DNA from: Eledone cirrhosa
Taxonomy: Eukaryota
Length of the DNA stretch: 64,000 nucleotides
NCBI GenBank assembly: GCA_964016885.1
Contig: OZ024745.1
Location: 96,286,001-96,350,000, forward strand
Reading direction: 5' to 3'
Below, one piece after another: positions 28,681 through 41,290 of the stretch (the stretch's first letter is position 1; each line of letters begins with the position of its first letter). The notes under the pieces are model-generated. The model was given only the letters and a program-made list of their open reading frames with translations, made no database searches and had not been told where the DNA came from. Position numbers and translations under genes: made by a program.

Positions 28681-31600
28681 ATGACCTCACTCAGAATAGG
28701 CAGCATAAATGCGCGTGGCTTGGGGTCGTCATGGAAGCAGGGTCACCTGCTCAACGACCTCAGGTCACTAAACATAGATGTAGTGGCCATCAGCGAGACC
28801 AGAATCTCCGAATCACGGGCCTTCGCACCCCGATCTTCGGCAGCTACGATGTGTACGCATCTCCCAGCCGTCCTGGATCGGGGGGAGGAGTTGCTGTGCT
28901 TTTTCGGAGAGGTTTGGATCTCGCCATACAGGCCATCTTCCTGGACCCAGAGGGTAAGTTGGTGGTGCTGGATGTGACCAGCGGAGACGGGCAAGCTTTC
29001 AGGCTAGTGGCCGTCTATGCCCCGATAGGAGCAGGGCGGCCTGATTTCTTCCGGAGTCTGGAGACCTTTCTTGGAACGTCCCGCTCTTTAGTGTTAGTGG
29101 GCGACTGGAACGGGATCTTAGATGCACGCTGGGACTGTTTGGGATTAGCGGATAGGGGTGGAGGGTGCAAGAGCCGCACCAACCTGCTCAGGCGTTGTGA
29201 ACTGTCTGACAGGTACCGTTTGGATTTCCCGAATGTGCCAATGTGGACTTGGACAAATCGCATAGGGTCATCCAGATCATATTTAGATAGAGTATTTTGT
29301 AGAGAAATAGATAGGTCTAGCATAGGCTGTCCACAATTCAAGATAGTCAGCTACACGGACCACAAATTCGTGATCTGTGTGCTTGACTTAGATAGGCTTC
29401 ATAGACGAGGAGCCGGCTACTGGAAGCTAAACGCGTCCTTACCAGCGCGCAAGGCCTACAGAGACCGGATTAGCGAACTAGTTAAGCGGGCGTTGACGGG
29501 GCCATCGTCAACAACAAGTGGTGGTTTGCTCTGTAAAGAGCGATTAGTATAGAATCCATTAGGTTTAGTAAGGCTTTAGCAATAGAGAAAAATAGAGCAG
29601 AGGGAGAACTAGTTAGAAAATTAGACGAGGCGCTTAGCAAAGGCATCGCGACCGACGTGCTTGCGGCGAAATTGGCCCTTGACCAATTCTTCAATGCAAA
29701 GCACGAAGGCTGCGTTGTCAGAGCTAGGGTGCGTGCTCTCAGACGCGAGGGGACGAAAGCCGTTCAATGGGCCCGAGTGGCGGAGGCGCGTCGTCGCAAC
29801 AAAGCCACGATCCGGTCTTTGGTGGACCACGACAGGCGCATGCTACTCGATCCCGGGCAAATGTGTGAAGCTTTTCAGCGACACTTCGCTCAGCTGTTCG
29901 GGAGCAGCAGTGGGCCGGGTCGAGGGATCGACTTTAGTGTCTACCTCGACGGACTGCCGCGGCTCTCGGCCACTGAGGCGGAGTGTTGCGAAAAGCCGAT
30001 AACAGCCGCTGAAGAACGGGAAGCAATAACTATCTGCACAAGAGGTAAATCGCCTGGTTTGGATGGCCTGCCCTATGAACTTTACGTACAGATGCCAGAC
30101 TTGTTCGGAGGCCTCTTGGCGGACGTCTACTGCAACTGGCAACAGAACGGGAGAATTCCCAGCTCCGTGAGCCGAGGAGCGGTGGCACGGCTGTGAAAGG
30201 ATCCGAACAAGGGGGATAACATAGATAATTTCAGGCCCATAACTCTACTAAACACAGAGTTCAAGATTTTGGCCAAGGTGCTAGCAAAGAGGTTGGCGCT
30301 TGTCGTTGGTGGTCTGGTGGGAGAGGCGCAGACATGCCCCATTCCCGACAGATCCATCCACGACAACCTCCACCTCATGCGATACATCGTAGAGAGGGTA
30401 GCTAGGGAACCTGGCACGGGTGGGTCCTTGATCAATTTAGATCAGTCGAAAGCTTTCGATAGGGTCGACCATCGTTACCTAGCGGCAGTCCTGAGGGCGG
30501 CTGGCTTTGGGCCCGTCTTCAGAGGCTGGATCGCTGCCATGCACAGCGATATCTGCTCTGTAGTGAGAGTGAACGGTCACCTTTCGGAACCGTTCAACAT
30601 CATGAGCTCGGTCCGCCAAGGATGTCCCCTCTCGTCCCTCTTGTACGTATTGACTCTCGAGCCATTACTGCACAAACTGGAGACGTTGAGGGGCGTCCCG
30701 CGCGAACTAGGATACGGAAGATCCATGTCAGCATATGCGGACGATGTCACCGTAGTGGTGTCGAACGCCAAACACATCGAGGCGATCGGCACTACACTAA
30801 GCGAATACGAAGCGGTGACAGGAGCAATGATCAACCAGGAAAAGTCAGTGGGCCTGCAGCTCGGTACTTGGAGTGGCAGGTCCATGCCGTCCAACAGCGT
30901 CGTCGGACGCTGTACGGACGAACCGGTTAAATTGCTAGGGGTCTGGTTCGGTCCGGACCTCCAGACGGACAAAAACTGGGACGAGGTGACGAGCAGGGTG
31001 GCTTCTCTCACTCAGAAATGGGCGGAGAGGAAGCTATTCCTGAAAGGTCGAGCGTACATCACGTCTGTCATCTGCTACCGCCTGACCATCGTACCTTGCC
31101 CTACCCCCGCCTGACTGCGCTGGAGCGTTTACTCTTTATCTTTTTGTGGAAGGGACGCGCTCCGATGGTCAGGCGGTCCATCTGTTGTCAACACCCGCTA
31201 CGTAGAGGGCTGGGCATGCCGTGGCTGATGATGCGCAGACACGCGCTCAGGCTACGGCATCTCCCCCTCTTCCTCGACGGTGATCAGGTGTGGTCGCCGT
31301 TTGCTAGACGCGTCTTTCCCCAGCTCGTTTCCTTGACGGAGCTGCAGTCCTGGGTCAAGCGAAGACCGAGAGGGAGCGCTTGGAGACTGGAATGTCTTCA
31401 GGCGCTCACAGCCCTCGACCAATCGGGCAATGTGATCGGTGGAAACTCCACCTCGGCGTTCTATAGAGGATTAGTGGAGGGGAAGAGCGACGACGTACTT
31501 GGGGAAACTCTAGGCCTCGACGAAAATCAACTAGCCAATCTCTTCGGAAGAACTTTCGGGCCGGGGCCTATGGACAATTTCCAGAAATCCCTGGCCTGGC

Positions 31601-32085
31601 AGTGCTACCGAGGAGCCTTGCCAGTTAGGGATAAACTCTACAGGCATGGAGGTACCGTCAGCCGGGCATATCCGAGATGCGCGCAGGGCGATGAAACCGT
31701 CTTGCACGCACTCGTCCAGTGTCCGAGAATTGCTGACTTGTGGGTTTATATCGAACACCTGCTGTCGCGTGTAGGACGGATCCGGTTATCAGCTGAGTCC
31801 ATCGTGAGGATTGCCCCGCCCTCCTCCTTTAGCCGGGAAGGGCAGGCAGTTTTTATCTGTCTGGTGGCCATGGCGAAAGAGATAGTATGGTGGACACGTT
31901 TGAAAGGGCTGAAGACGAGCACTTACCTCTTCGGTGATGCCCTGATTGACTTTTTCAAATTTCATTTGAAAAGGAAAATCAGGGTAGAGAGGGAAGTGCT
32001 CTCTTCCCAGCATTTTGTTGAAAGATGGGTGAGAGAAGCAAGAATGGCCCGAGTGAATGGGCCTACTCTGAGTACGTGTCTGTAA
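28681..32085 (+). pseudogene. Tx1-like ORF2: AP endonuclease, reverse transcriptase, C-terminal zinc finger; disrupted
   Basis: SINARGL, ISET, GDWN, YLDR, TDH; WKLN; KSPGLDGLP, LDQSKAFDRV, VRQGCPLS, AYADD; PRC..ETVLHALVQC. Confidence 0.9.
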
Positions 32086-32344
32086 ATTAAAGGTGGAAAA
32101 CTGGGAGAGGGCACTTGCCCTGGTGGTCAGGGTCACTATGGCCTTTTAATAGGCTTTCTCCACAAATGTCCCTCCGAAGTCTCCACCTATTGGGGAATTT
32201 TTCATTGTTATTTTCATGACATCCTCTGTTTTTGTTTTTTACACGCAGAAATGCCCATTTGTACCGTCCTGTATTGTCCTGTACTGTCCTTAATGTCTAC
32301 TTTATGTAAACTGTTGTGGTTAATAAAGAAAGTATTATTATTGA

Positions 32345-32695
32345 AGCATAGAGTTACCTCCCTGTATGATCTGAGTTCTAATCCCGCCGAGGTTAACTTT
32401 GCCTTTCATCCTTCCGGGGTCGATAAAATAAAGTACCAGTCACGCACTGGGGTCGATTTAATCGACGTTCCCCTCCCCCCAAATTACTGGCCTTGTGCCT
32501 ATATAAGGAACCATTATTATTATGATTATTATTACTATTATTATTTAGTTACGTCCCTTTACGATCTGAGTTCAAATCCCGCCGAGGTTGATTTTGCCTT
32601 TCATCCTTAAGGGGTCGATAAAATAAAGTACCAGTAATACACTGGGTATTTGCTGGCCTTGTGCCTAAAGTAGAAACAATTATTATTATTATTAT
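32345..32695 (+). mobile_element. two tandem SINE S1 copies with (ATT)n tails
   Basis: B-box, body and tail occur twice. Confidence 0.85.
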
Positions 32696-33268
32696 TTATA
32701 TATTTATTTTATTTATATATTTATTGTTTGCATTTCCAGAGGTTTTCGTTAAAATCTATGGAAACATAGTAGTTATATTTTCTTTGCTTTCCTTCGTGTA
32801 ATTAGTCAATAGACGTGAGGCTTGCTGTCTGGAAATGGACGTACAGCAGCCAAGAAAATCGATTTGAGTCAGAGAAATGACGTCATTGCAATGGAAAGTC
32901 TGCTGGCGATGGCGCTGCATATAGACTAGACAAGATATTTTTTCGCTTATATCGAATGCTAGTAATGTTTATACCAAGTCCATATATTTGCGTGTATGTG
33001 TGTATGTATGTGTGTATTTGTATATATGTATATATATATGTATGTATCATATATATGTAGATATTTACACACAAACATACACACACACACACACACACAC
33101 ACATACATATATATAACTATGTATGCATATTAATGTTTGTTTATAAATATATATATATATATATATACATACATATATACACATACATACATATATACAT
33201 TTATGTATACACACACACACGCGCGCACACACACATATGTATATACATATATCTATGTAAGCGCACAC

Positions 33269-33335
<67 letters not shown>

Positions 33336-33504
33336 TATGTGTGTGTGTGTGTGTGTCTCTGTGTGTGTGTGGGTATGTACGTGTTTGTGTGCGTGTGTGT
33401 ATGTGTGTGTATGTATGCACACACACATTGTTTGTATATATGTGGGTGTCTATGTAATATTTTACACTGTTCTGAAGAACCTTTTTGTTTATGTTGTGTT
33501 CTCT

Positions 33505-33652
33505 ATGTCTCGTAACTTAGCGGTTCAACAAACAGCGATCGATAAGATAAGTATGATGTGAAAATAATGCTGGGGTCGATATGATCGACTAAACCTTTTG
33601 ATGACGCTATCCCAGTATGGCTGTAATCTGATGACCGAAACCAATAAAAGTA
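33505..33652 (+). mobile_element. second SINE family, 3' part (related pieces ~8700-8830 and ~59690-59820 on -)
   Basis: CGTAACTTAGCGGTTC...GGGGTCGAT...CAGTATGGCTG...TGACCGAAACCAATAAAAG. Confidence 0.5.
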
Positions 33653-33709
33653 ATATATATATATATGTGTGTGTATGTATACAAATATACATACATGTAT
33701 ATATATATA

Positions 33710-33770
<61 letters not shown>

Positions 33771-33923
33771 CGTTGACAAATATATCAATATGCCCAGACA
33801 TGCAGATATATTGCCTTTGGTGTGACAGTGTGGTTTTAGCTCAATATAGGATAACTAGTATACTACAGAGCCGTTATATTTATAGGAATAACCAAAGAGT
33901 GCTTAGAAATACATTGTTTTATT

Positions 33924-33970
33924 AGCTAACAGTGTTTCATCCATACACCAAGGCAGGAATCATCAGAGCC
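33924..33970 (-). ncRNA. type I hammerhead ribozyme (PLE left arm)
   Basis: On the - strand: GGCT-CTGATGA-TTCC...GGAT-GAAA-CACTG-TT-AGCT. Confidence 0.75.
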
Positions 33971-34873
33971 TATAAACATGAGTATATCAGTAGTTGCATG
34001 CTCCATCGAGCTGCGTCACCAGAACAAGATTAAAGGACCAGCAGGGGGGTCCCGAGGCCAGCGCTATATGGAAAAAGACAATACATGATGCACATAATGT
34101 CATAAAATGTCTTAAAAGTTTAAAAATTAAAAATTAAAAATTACACCAAAAATTTATCACTTAAATGGTGCAATATATGATAAAGAGGTTGGGAGAGGGT
34201 AGCAAGGGATGAGTGAGGGTATTACTCAGCATGATCAGAAACAATAAGAAAATAAAAAAAAAATAATAATAATAAAAATGTACAATAATACAGGGATAAG
34301 AAAAGAGATAAATATAAAAATACAAAAGAATAAAGGAACAAAAAGCCCAGAAACACCCACCAAAATATAAGACAAAGCAAAGCATAGATGCATCAAAGCA
34401 CAAGCAGTGCAAAAAGAGGGTGTACAGGCAGATCAAGAGAGTTTGCAAGCATGAGTTTGTGAAAAGAATTGTTGGTTAGCATTGGTGCAGCCTTACATTT
34501 ACGATAGTCAATATGAGGGATGGTGTACTCCAATTATATCGCCTTGTAACAGGTCGATTCTCCTTATCATATCCGCACCCTACGAACCACATCAATATGT
34601 TCCAGTTCCGAACGTTAAGTGAGATAACACTATTTTTCCAAAATCTACAATAAAAAATAAAAGAAAGTACGACGAGTTAAAGAGATGTATGGCACATATA
34701 CAGCCGGCACAGATGTGAGGAAATTGAAAACATTCGGTCGCTCAATCCAACGTGCCAGGTGAAATTCACTGTATGTCCAAGTTGGCGTTCAACCAATGTA
34801 TCGCACCGCATACAATTGTGCCACCGTAAATACAAATCGTTTTGGATATCCCGTTACATATAGAGAAAAAGTG

Positions 34874-36818
34874 TATAGCGAGAGTACTGGGTTGTATGAA
34901 TGTAACAAAATGAGACATGGTTTGTGTGTATAATATTTAATTAACAATGGTAGATAGTATAGTTGACATGTCAAAGAAATAGATGAAAGAACGAAACAAA
35001 GTTAGTCGTTACCGTTTTGATTGCCAGGCAAACGTGGCTGGCAGAGGACGCCTGGCTAAGGCCAGGCGCCGGAAGGCAAATGAGAGGCTCTTGGCCTGGT
35101 GCCGAAAGGGCAATGAGAGAGTGAGAACTTAAAGTTGTTAGTTTTATAGGGTTCTGACCGGAAGTTACAGAAAGGATTCTACTTCCCGTCTAGATGTTAA
35201 TCCAAACAAGGGAGACAACCGCTACATAACCTCCCGCCAGAATTTTAGGATATAAAAATCGAATGAAAATATGTATAAAGTTGGCGAGAATGTTATAACA
35301 GGCATGAAAATTACGACAAAAGAATGTTTGCAAAAATCAATGATAGATATCAAGGTAGCCAACCGCTCTTGGCCAGAGAACGACTGGACATCTATCTATC
35401 CATCACCCAAAGATACAATGTAATAAAGTAAGAGAAGGGCTCAAAGTTCAAATGTACAAAATATAGTTCACAGGTGTGCAATCACATGACAGCAGGAAAG
35501 AAAGTGTGTTCCAGAGAATGAATGCAGGTGGTTTCTGTTCTGTGGTATATCGTGAAATTTCCAACCTCCGAATGGATTTTCTCACAGGAAGAGTGCTGCA
35601 AAAATAAATTCTCTGGCTTTGGTTGTTGGTGAAGCTGTGTTGATGTTGTTGTCTCGCTGAGTGAGCGTATTCGGTGTTTAAATTCACAGTAAAAAAACAT
35701 TTTTTTTTCAGAAAAAATGAGTTGCGCAAAGTGCTAGAAATAGCAGCCGAAGTTGATGGGCGATGTTGAGAATGCGTTGACCTGGAAGGGTCAAGAGGCC
35801 AGCGACCAAAGAAATAAGCATTCTGAATAAATGCGCAGTTTTCAACGGCAAATTTACGTAGTAAATTTTTAAACCGGCAAATAGGAGAATATAGCTTAAG
35901 GCTGAAGAATCCTTGGCGAGAAACGTTATCTCTGGCGTGCGGCTATCTCTGTGAGTCGAGAATTTGTGCTGCCTACACGTGCCAATACAAGGTTGAAAAA
36001 ATAATATTTCTAACGCGCGAGAAAATGATAGTGCAAGTGTGAAAGTGACAATGATGAAAAAGAAAGGCTTCACTCAGCATAATTATTGGTGTGAACTTTG
36101 GAAAACTTGAACGATGAAGAAAACGATGAAAAAAAAGGCAATGGTTCATCGAAAATAAATGTTCCTGTAGAAATGTTTTTTAACAAAATATCAAATTTCT
36201 TTTTTTTTTTTTTTGTTTTGAAAGTGTTCGTTGTAAGAAACGAGAAACATGTATATATATCGTGAAATGCGACAGTTAGTTGATGCGTGAGAGAAAAAGC
36301 CTGTCTGTGCGAAAATTTCACATGTGCGTGTGTCCGTTTCTTTGAGTATTTTCATAGTTTGTCGATAAATTTGCTGTGTATTCGTAATGTTACTCACACA
36401 ACACCAGATCCTCTATCTTTTTTTGTGGGGGGGGGGGGGGGGTGACCACTTATAGCGATGAACGGCTGCGTGTTCGTATCACGTCAGGGTTACCAATTTA
36501 GAGAGAGTACTGGGCTGTATGAATGTAACAAAACGAGACATGGTTTGTGTGTAGATAATGTTTAATTAACAATGGTAGTTAGTATAGTTGTCATGTCAAA
36601 GAAATAGATGATAGAATGAAGCAAAGTTAGTAGTTACCGTTTTGATTGCCAGGCAAACGCGGCTGGCAGAAGACGCCTGGCGAAAGCCAGGCGCCGGGAG
36701 GGCAATGAGAGAGTGACAACTTAAAGTTGTTAGTTTTATAGGGTTCTGACCGGAAGTTACAGAAAGGATTCTACTTCCCGTCTAGATGTTAATCCAAACA
36801 AGGGAGACAACCGCTACA
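34874..36818 (-). mobile_element. non-autonomous LTR element
   Basis: Direct repeats at 34874-35226 and 36451-36818 with termini TGTAGCG...CGCTATA on -. TSD is AGTG, and the empty site is visible in the other PLE arm near 42333. TGG-starting PBS-like site and GGCGGGAGG PPT-like tract. No recognisable ORF. Confidence 0.8.
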
Positions 36819-37894
36819 AGTGTATACAGGAAACTCCGCTTCCAGAATCACATATGGCAGAATGAGCATATATTGTTATAATAAAAGTCGGGTTTCTTAT
36901 AGTGAGTGCAAATTTCTGTAGAATATATAGATATATATAGAAGGGAGAACTCACAACCAAACCTGTCAATGACAGCTATGTTATTTATATTTCCGCCACG
37001 TGGTTTTCGTTTAGATTATTGACTCCGGATGTTGCAACCCATTCACAGTCGGGTTTGACCCCCTCCTGGGTCGGCGGGAGTTCAATATCCAGTGCTGCAC
37101 TCTGTCTTGAATGTGGTTCTATAATTCATCAAAGCTGGAACACAATTCACATTCAACAAACTCCAAGCTTCAAAGATTAGTCTCTCGCTAGTAACACACA
37201 ACAGTAGTCCGAATGTAAACACAGAAACTCGTAGTGTACGTATGAAAGGTATGGGAGGCAATTCGCGTCATAAAGGGCAGATTCTTTTGATATCCAACGG
37301 GATGCTAGGGGCGAGTCTTTTGTTTGATTCGAAGCCCTCGGCGATCAACCTCATCTACCCCCTGGGGCTAGGTCGATTCAGCGGCGCCCAGCCCACACGA
37401 TTTGCTACCATAGTTCACCATACTAGGTTAGATATATTACACACTTTAGGGTTAAGGTTAACTAGACCCCGGGTGCCCAATTCACCCGCTTTATAGCTGC
37501 GGCGGGGTTTTCTGTGCTTTCGACAGACTATAGTGCTGTGCTATAAGTTAGCGCACAAAGGGTGTGTTTATAAACCATACTAACATGGTTAGTGTGGGTA
37601 TATGCATATATAGGGTCATGCTATGCTAGGTATAGTGAAAAGCCTTAAGTAGGTTCCACCCCAGGGTTCTTGGCTTGTGGTCCAATAAGATGAACTAGGG
37701 AAGAGAGGAAGAAAAGTAAGAGAGGGGGGGGGGAGAGGTATTAGAGTAGTCTATATGCACCTGAAGGGCAGTTATTGTCACAAAGGAACCAGGATGCAGT
37801 GCGGCGTGGTTTTACGTAGGCCAGACAGGATGGAGGTATGCATGTCCTACAGCGTTAGCTAATTGGTCTAAAATAATAGAAGGAAGGAGATAAG

Positions 37895-38822
37895 ATTTAT
37901 GTGCGAGCAAGAAGAGAATATCTCCGACTTCCTATTTAGCAGGTTCAGTTTGGAGTGTATTATGGCGTGTGATTCAGAGAGACAAAGGTCTCAGGTCTTG
38001 TTAGAGGGTCTGTACTGCGATGATTTAGTGATGATTCTCCAATCAAGCGTGTATTGAATATCAGTGTTCTTCAGGAGGGATATGTAACTAGCTAGGGATG
38101 TAGTATTCTTAAGTCTTACATGTCTAATTGTATAGCGATGGGAGTTGTATCAGGTCTTAAAGGGGGTCGATGTAGACCCTATATATGTTTTGGAGGAGGT
38201 CCGAGTTGTAACATCACATGCGTAGACAATATTGTTTATAAGGCATTGTCCCTTTAGGGGGCAGTCCGCCTTTCGTCTGCAGTTACATTTTCGGTGTATG
38301 TGAGTCTGCGGCCCAGGAGATGTTTGGTTTTCCGTGCATTCCAGATTTGGCAACCGTACATCAGATGTGTGGATAGTACTGCTGGGTGACGCCGCATCAG
38401 GTCCATCTAGTGGTTGCCGGTGTGCCGCAGCTGCAATGGTATCGAAACCCTTTCTAATTTTGTTGTTTGTTATGGCTAGGTGACGAGCTAGATTTGGAGT
38501 AGTGGATAATGATAGCTTAATTGTGTTTTTATTAATGATACTATGGTATTTACTACCGGGAGGGGTTCCAAGATCGAGAAGAATGCCTTTGGTATATTGG
38601 TTGATACCTCCGAGTTGTAAGGTGGATTAAAGTAGGAATTAGATCTTCGTATATTTTTCTTATTTTTCGTACTAGGGGAAGAGTTGGCCCTGGGCATGGA
38701 CAACCCATCTTCCGAACCTGGGGTGGTAACCCTACCATGAGGGGTTCACAGGCTTCCCTGTCTTTCCCATTGCACTTCAATTTTCTAGCTTTTATCCTAG
38801 TGTTAGTGTTATTGCCATACCG
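37895..38822 (-). pseudogene. inverted copy of the PLE linker and GIY-YIG endonuclease
   Basis: YFNPPY, CNCRRKADCPLKGQC, IVY..YIG. Confidence 0.85.
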
Positions 38823-38829
38823 GTTGCTC

Positions 38830-41290
38830 ATAGCTAGCATAAACCCATTTGTTAAAAGATTAAGGTGGCGTGCTTTCCACTACGATAGGAACCGTGATAA
38901 CCCTCAGCAAACAACCCGGGTAAATAGGTATGGATTCAAGACATACAAGAGCCCACCACACAATAGTGGTCTGGATGGCTTTGAAAGCGACCTTCTAAAC
39001 CTTGTGAAGGGTATTAGATATAGGACTAAAAGGCATAGTAAGAACCCTTTCCGTAGAGATCTTAGCTCCATTATTTAGGGCTTTGAGGAAAATGTTAACA
39101 TTCTCGTCCCCTCAGATAAAACAAAAAAATTATATAACTTGGACTACAAGATTTACAGAAACTTCATATACAGGGAACTCTACATAAATTATGAGGAAAC
39201 TACCCATGGAAACCTAGACAAGATAAATAAGAAAGGGCTAGAAATCGTTAAGATGCTGAACTTGGAAAGGTACACCCAGCCTTTCACCCCTAAGCAACCC
39301 AGATTCACACTGAAGGATCACAAAGAGGACTTCCTTTGTAACCCTTCAATTAGGCTCATTAGCCCCTCTAGTATGACTTAGGGATAATAATTAAGAAAAT
39401 ATTGGACGCCGTCATCCCTTTTATACGAAGTAAAATTTACCTTGACCTATGGGGGAATACTGAGGAGGTCATTAAATGGTTCTCAAGTATTAGTAACCAT
39501 AAGTCCCTGAAGTTCATCCAATTCGATATCAACTCATAATATACCTCGATCTCTCCTATCCTTCTAAATAAGGCCCTTATATTAGCTATGCAAAATAGTG
39601 ACCTGACTAGATCCTAAATTGACATCATCCTTGCTGCCCGGAGAACTATAATCCTCTTCGAAGACCAACTTTGGACCCGGAAGAACACGCCGAATAACTT
39701 TGATGTCACAATGGGGTCCAGCGATTCGGCGCAGGTCACTGACTTGGTTGGACTTTACCTCCTCCATGAACTGCATAAAACATTCCCGCGCTATACCGTG
39801 ACGAGGCCCTGTTCACTATTGAATATAAAAAACATAATATACAAAGGACAAGAAAAGAACTACATAAATTCTTCAAAAGCTTTAACCTTAGTATAACGAT
39901 AGACATAAATAATAAAACGGTTAACTTTCTAGGCGTAACCCTGGACTTGGAAAATAAATACTTCTCACCATATCACAAGACAGATGAAACACTAACATAC
40001 GTGAATGCAAATTCCAACAACCATAGACCCGTCCTAAATGCCACAATTAAAGGGGTATCTAACAGGATTAGTAGACTATCACATAACGAGCATGCATTTA
40101 GGTCTAATGCAAGGTACTATAATAAAGCACTAGCAAAGTCCAGTTTTAGAGAAAAAATATACTACATACATAACAACGCCCAAACCACCAGGGCCGGACA
40201 ATATAATGTAATCACACACAATATGGCATTGCCTAATAGAAGCGGACACAAAAATAGGAACTACACGGGTACTGTAAGCCGCTCTGACCAACCCCAAGGG
40301 ACTCCATTTAACACGCCTCATCGGTATGGCAATAACACTAACACTAGGATAAAAGCTAGAAAATTGAAGTGCAATGGGAAAGACAGGGAAGCCTGTGAAC
40401 CCCTCCGGGTAGGATTACCACCCCAGGTTCTCTCTACCACGGAAGATGGGTTGTCCATGCCCAGGGCCAACTCTTCCCCTAGTACGAAAAATAAAAAAAT
40501 TAGACGAAGATCTAATTCCTACTTTAATCCACCTTACAACTCGGAGGTATCAACCAATATACCAAAGGCATTCATCTCGATCTTGGAACCCCCCCCCCCC
40601 CCCCGTAGTAAATACCATAGTATCATTAATAAAAACACAATTAAGCTATCATTATCCACTACTCCAAATCTAGCACGTCACCTAGCCATAACAAACAACA
40701 AAAGAATTAGAAAGGGTTTCGATACCATTGCAGCTGCGGCACACCGGCAACCACTAGATGGACCTGATGCGGCGTCACCCAGCAATACTATCCACACATC
40801 TGATGTTCGGTTGCCAAATTTGAAACGCACGGAAAACCAAACATCTCCTGGGCCGCAGACTCACATACACCGAAAATGTAACTGCAGAAGAAAGACGGAC
40901 TGCCCCCCTAAAGGGACAATGTCTTATAAACAATATTGTTTACGCATGTGATGTTACAACTCGGACCTCCTCCAAAACATATATAGGGTCTACATCGACC
41001 CCCTTTAAGACCTGATACAACTCCCATCGCTATTCATTTAAACATATAATACTTAAGAATACTATATTCCTAGCTAGTTACATATCCCTCCTGAAGAACA
41101 CTGATATTCAATACACGCTTGATTGGAGAATCATCACTAAATCATCGCAGTACAGACCCCCTAACAAGACCTGAGACCTTTGTCTCTCTGAATCACACGC
41201 CATAATACACTCCAAACTGAACCTGCTAAATAGGAAGTCGGAGATATTCTCTTCTTGCCCGCACATAAATCTTATCTCCTTCTATTATTT
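38830..41290 (+). pseudogene. Naiad-type PLE RT and C-terminal GIY-YIG endonuclease, disrupted
   Basis: RLRWRAF, YGFKT, SDKT, TLKDHKEDF..IRLISP, FIQFDI, FDVTMGS, YRDE, FNPPY, CxCx5C, IVY..YIG, LCLSE, LLNRKSE, CPH. Confidence 0.85.

Larger units (their letters stand above)
26289..32342 (+). mobile_element. near-full-length Tx1-like LINE (L1 group)
   Basis: ORF1 with a CCHC knuckle, ORF2 with APE-RT-zinc finger and a 3'UTR ending AATAAAGAAAG. (ATT)n on both sides. Confidence 0.9.
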
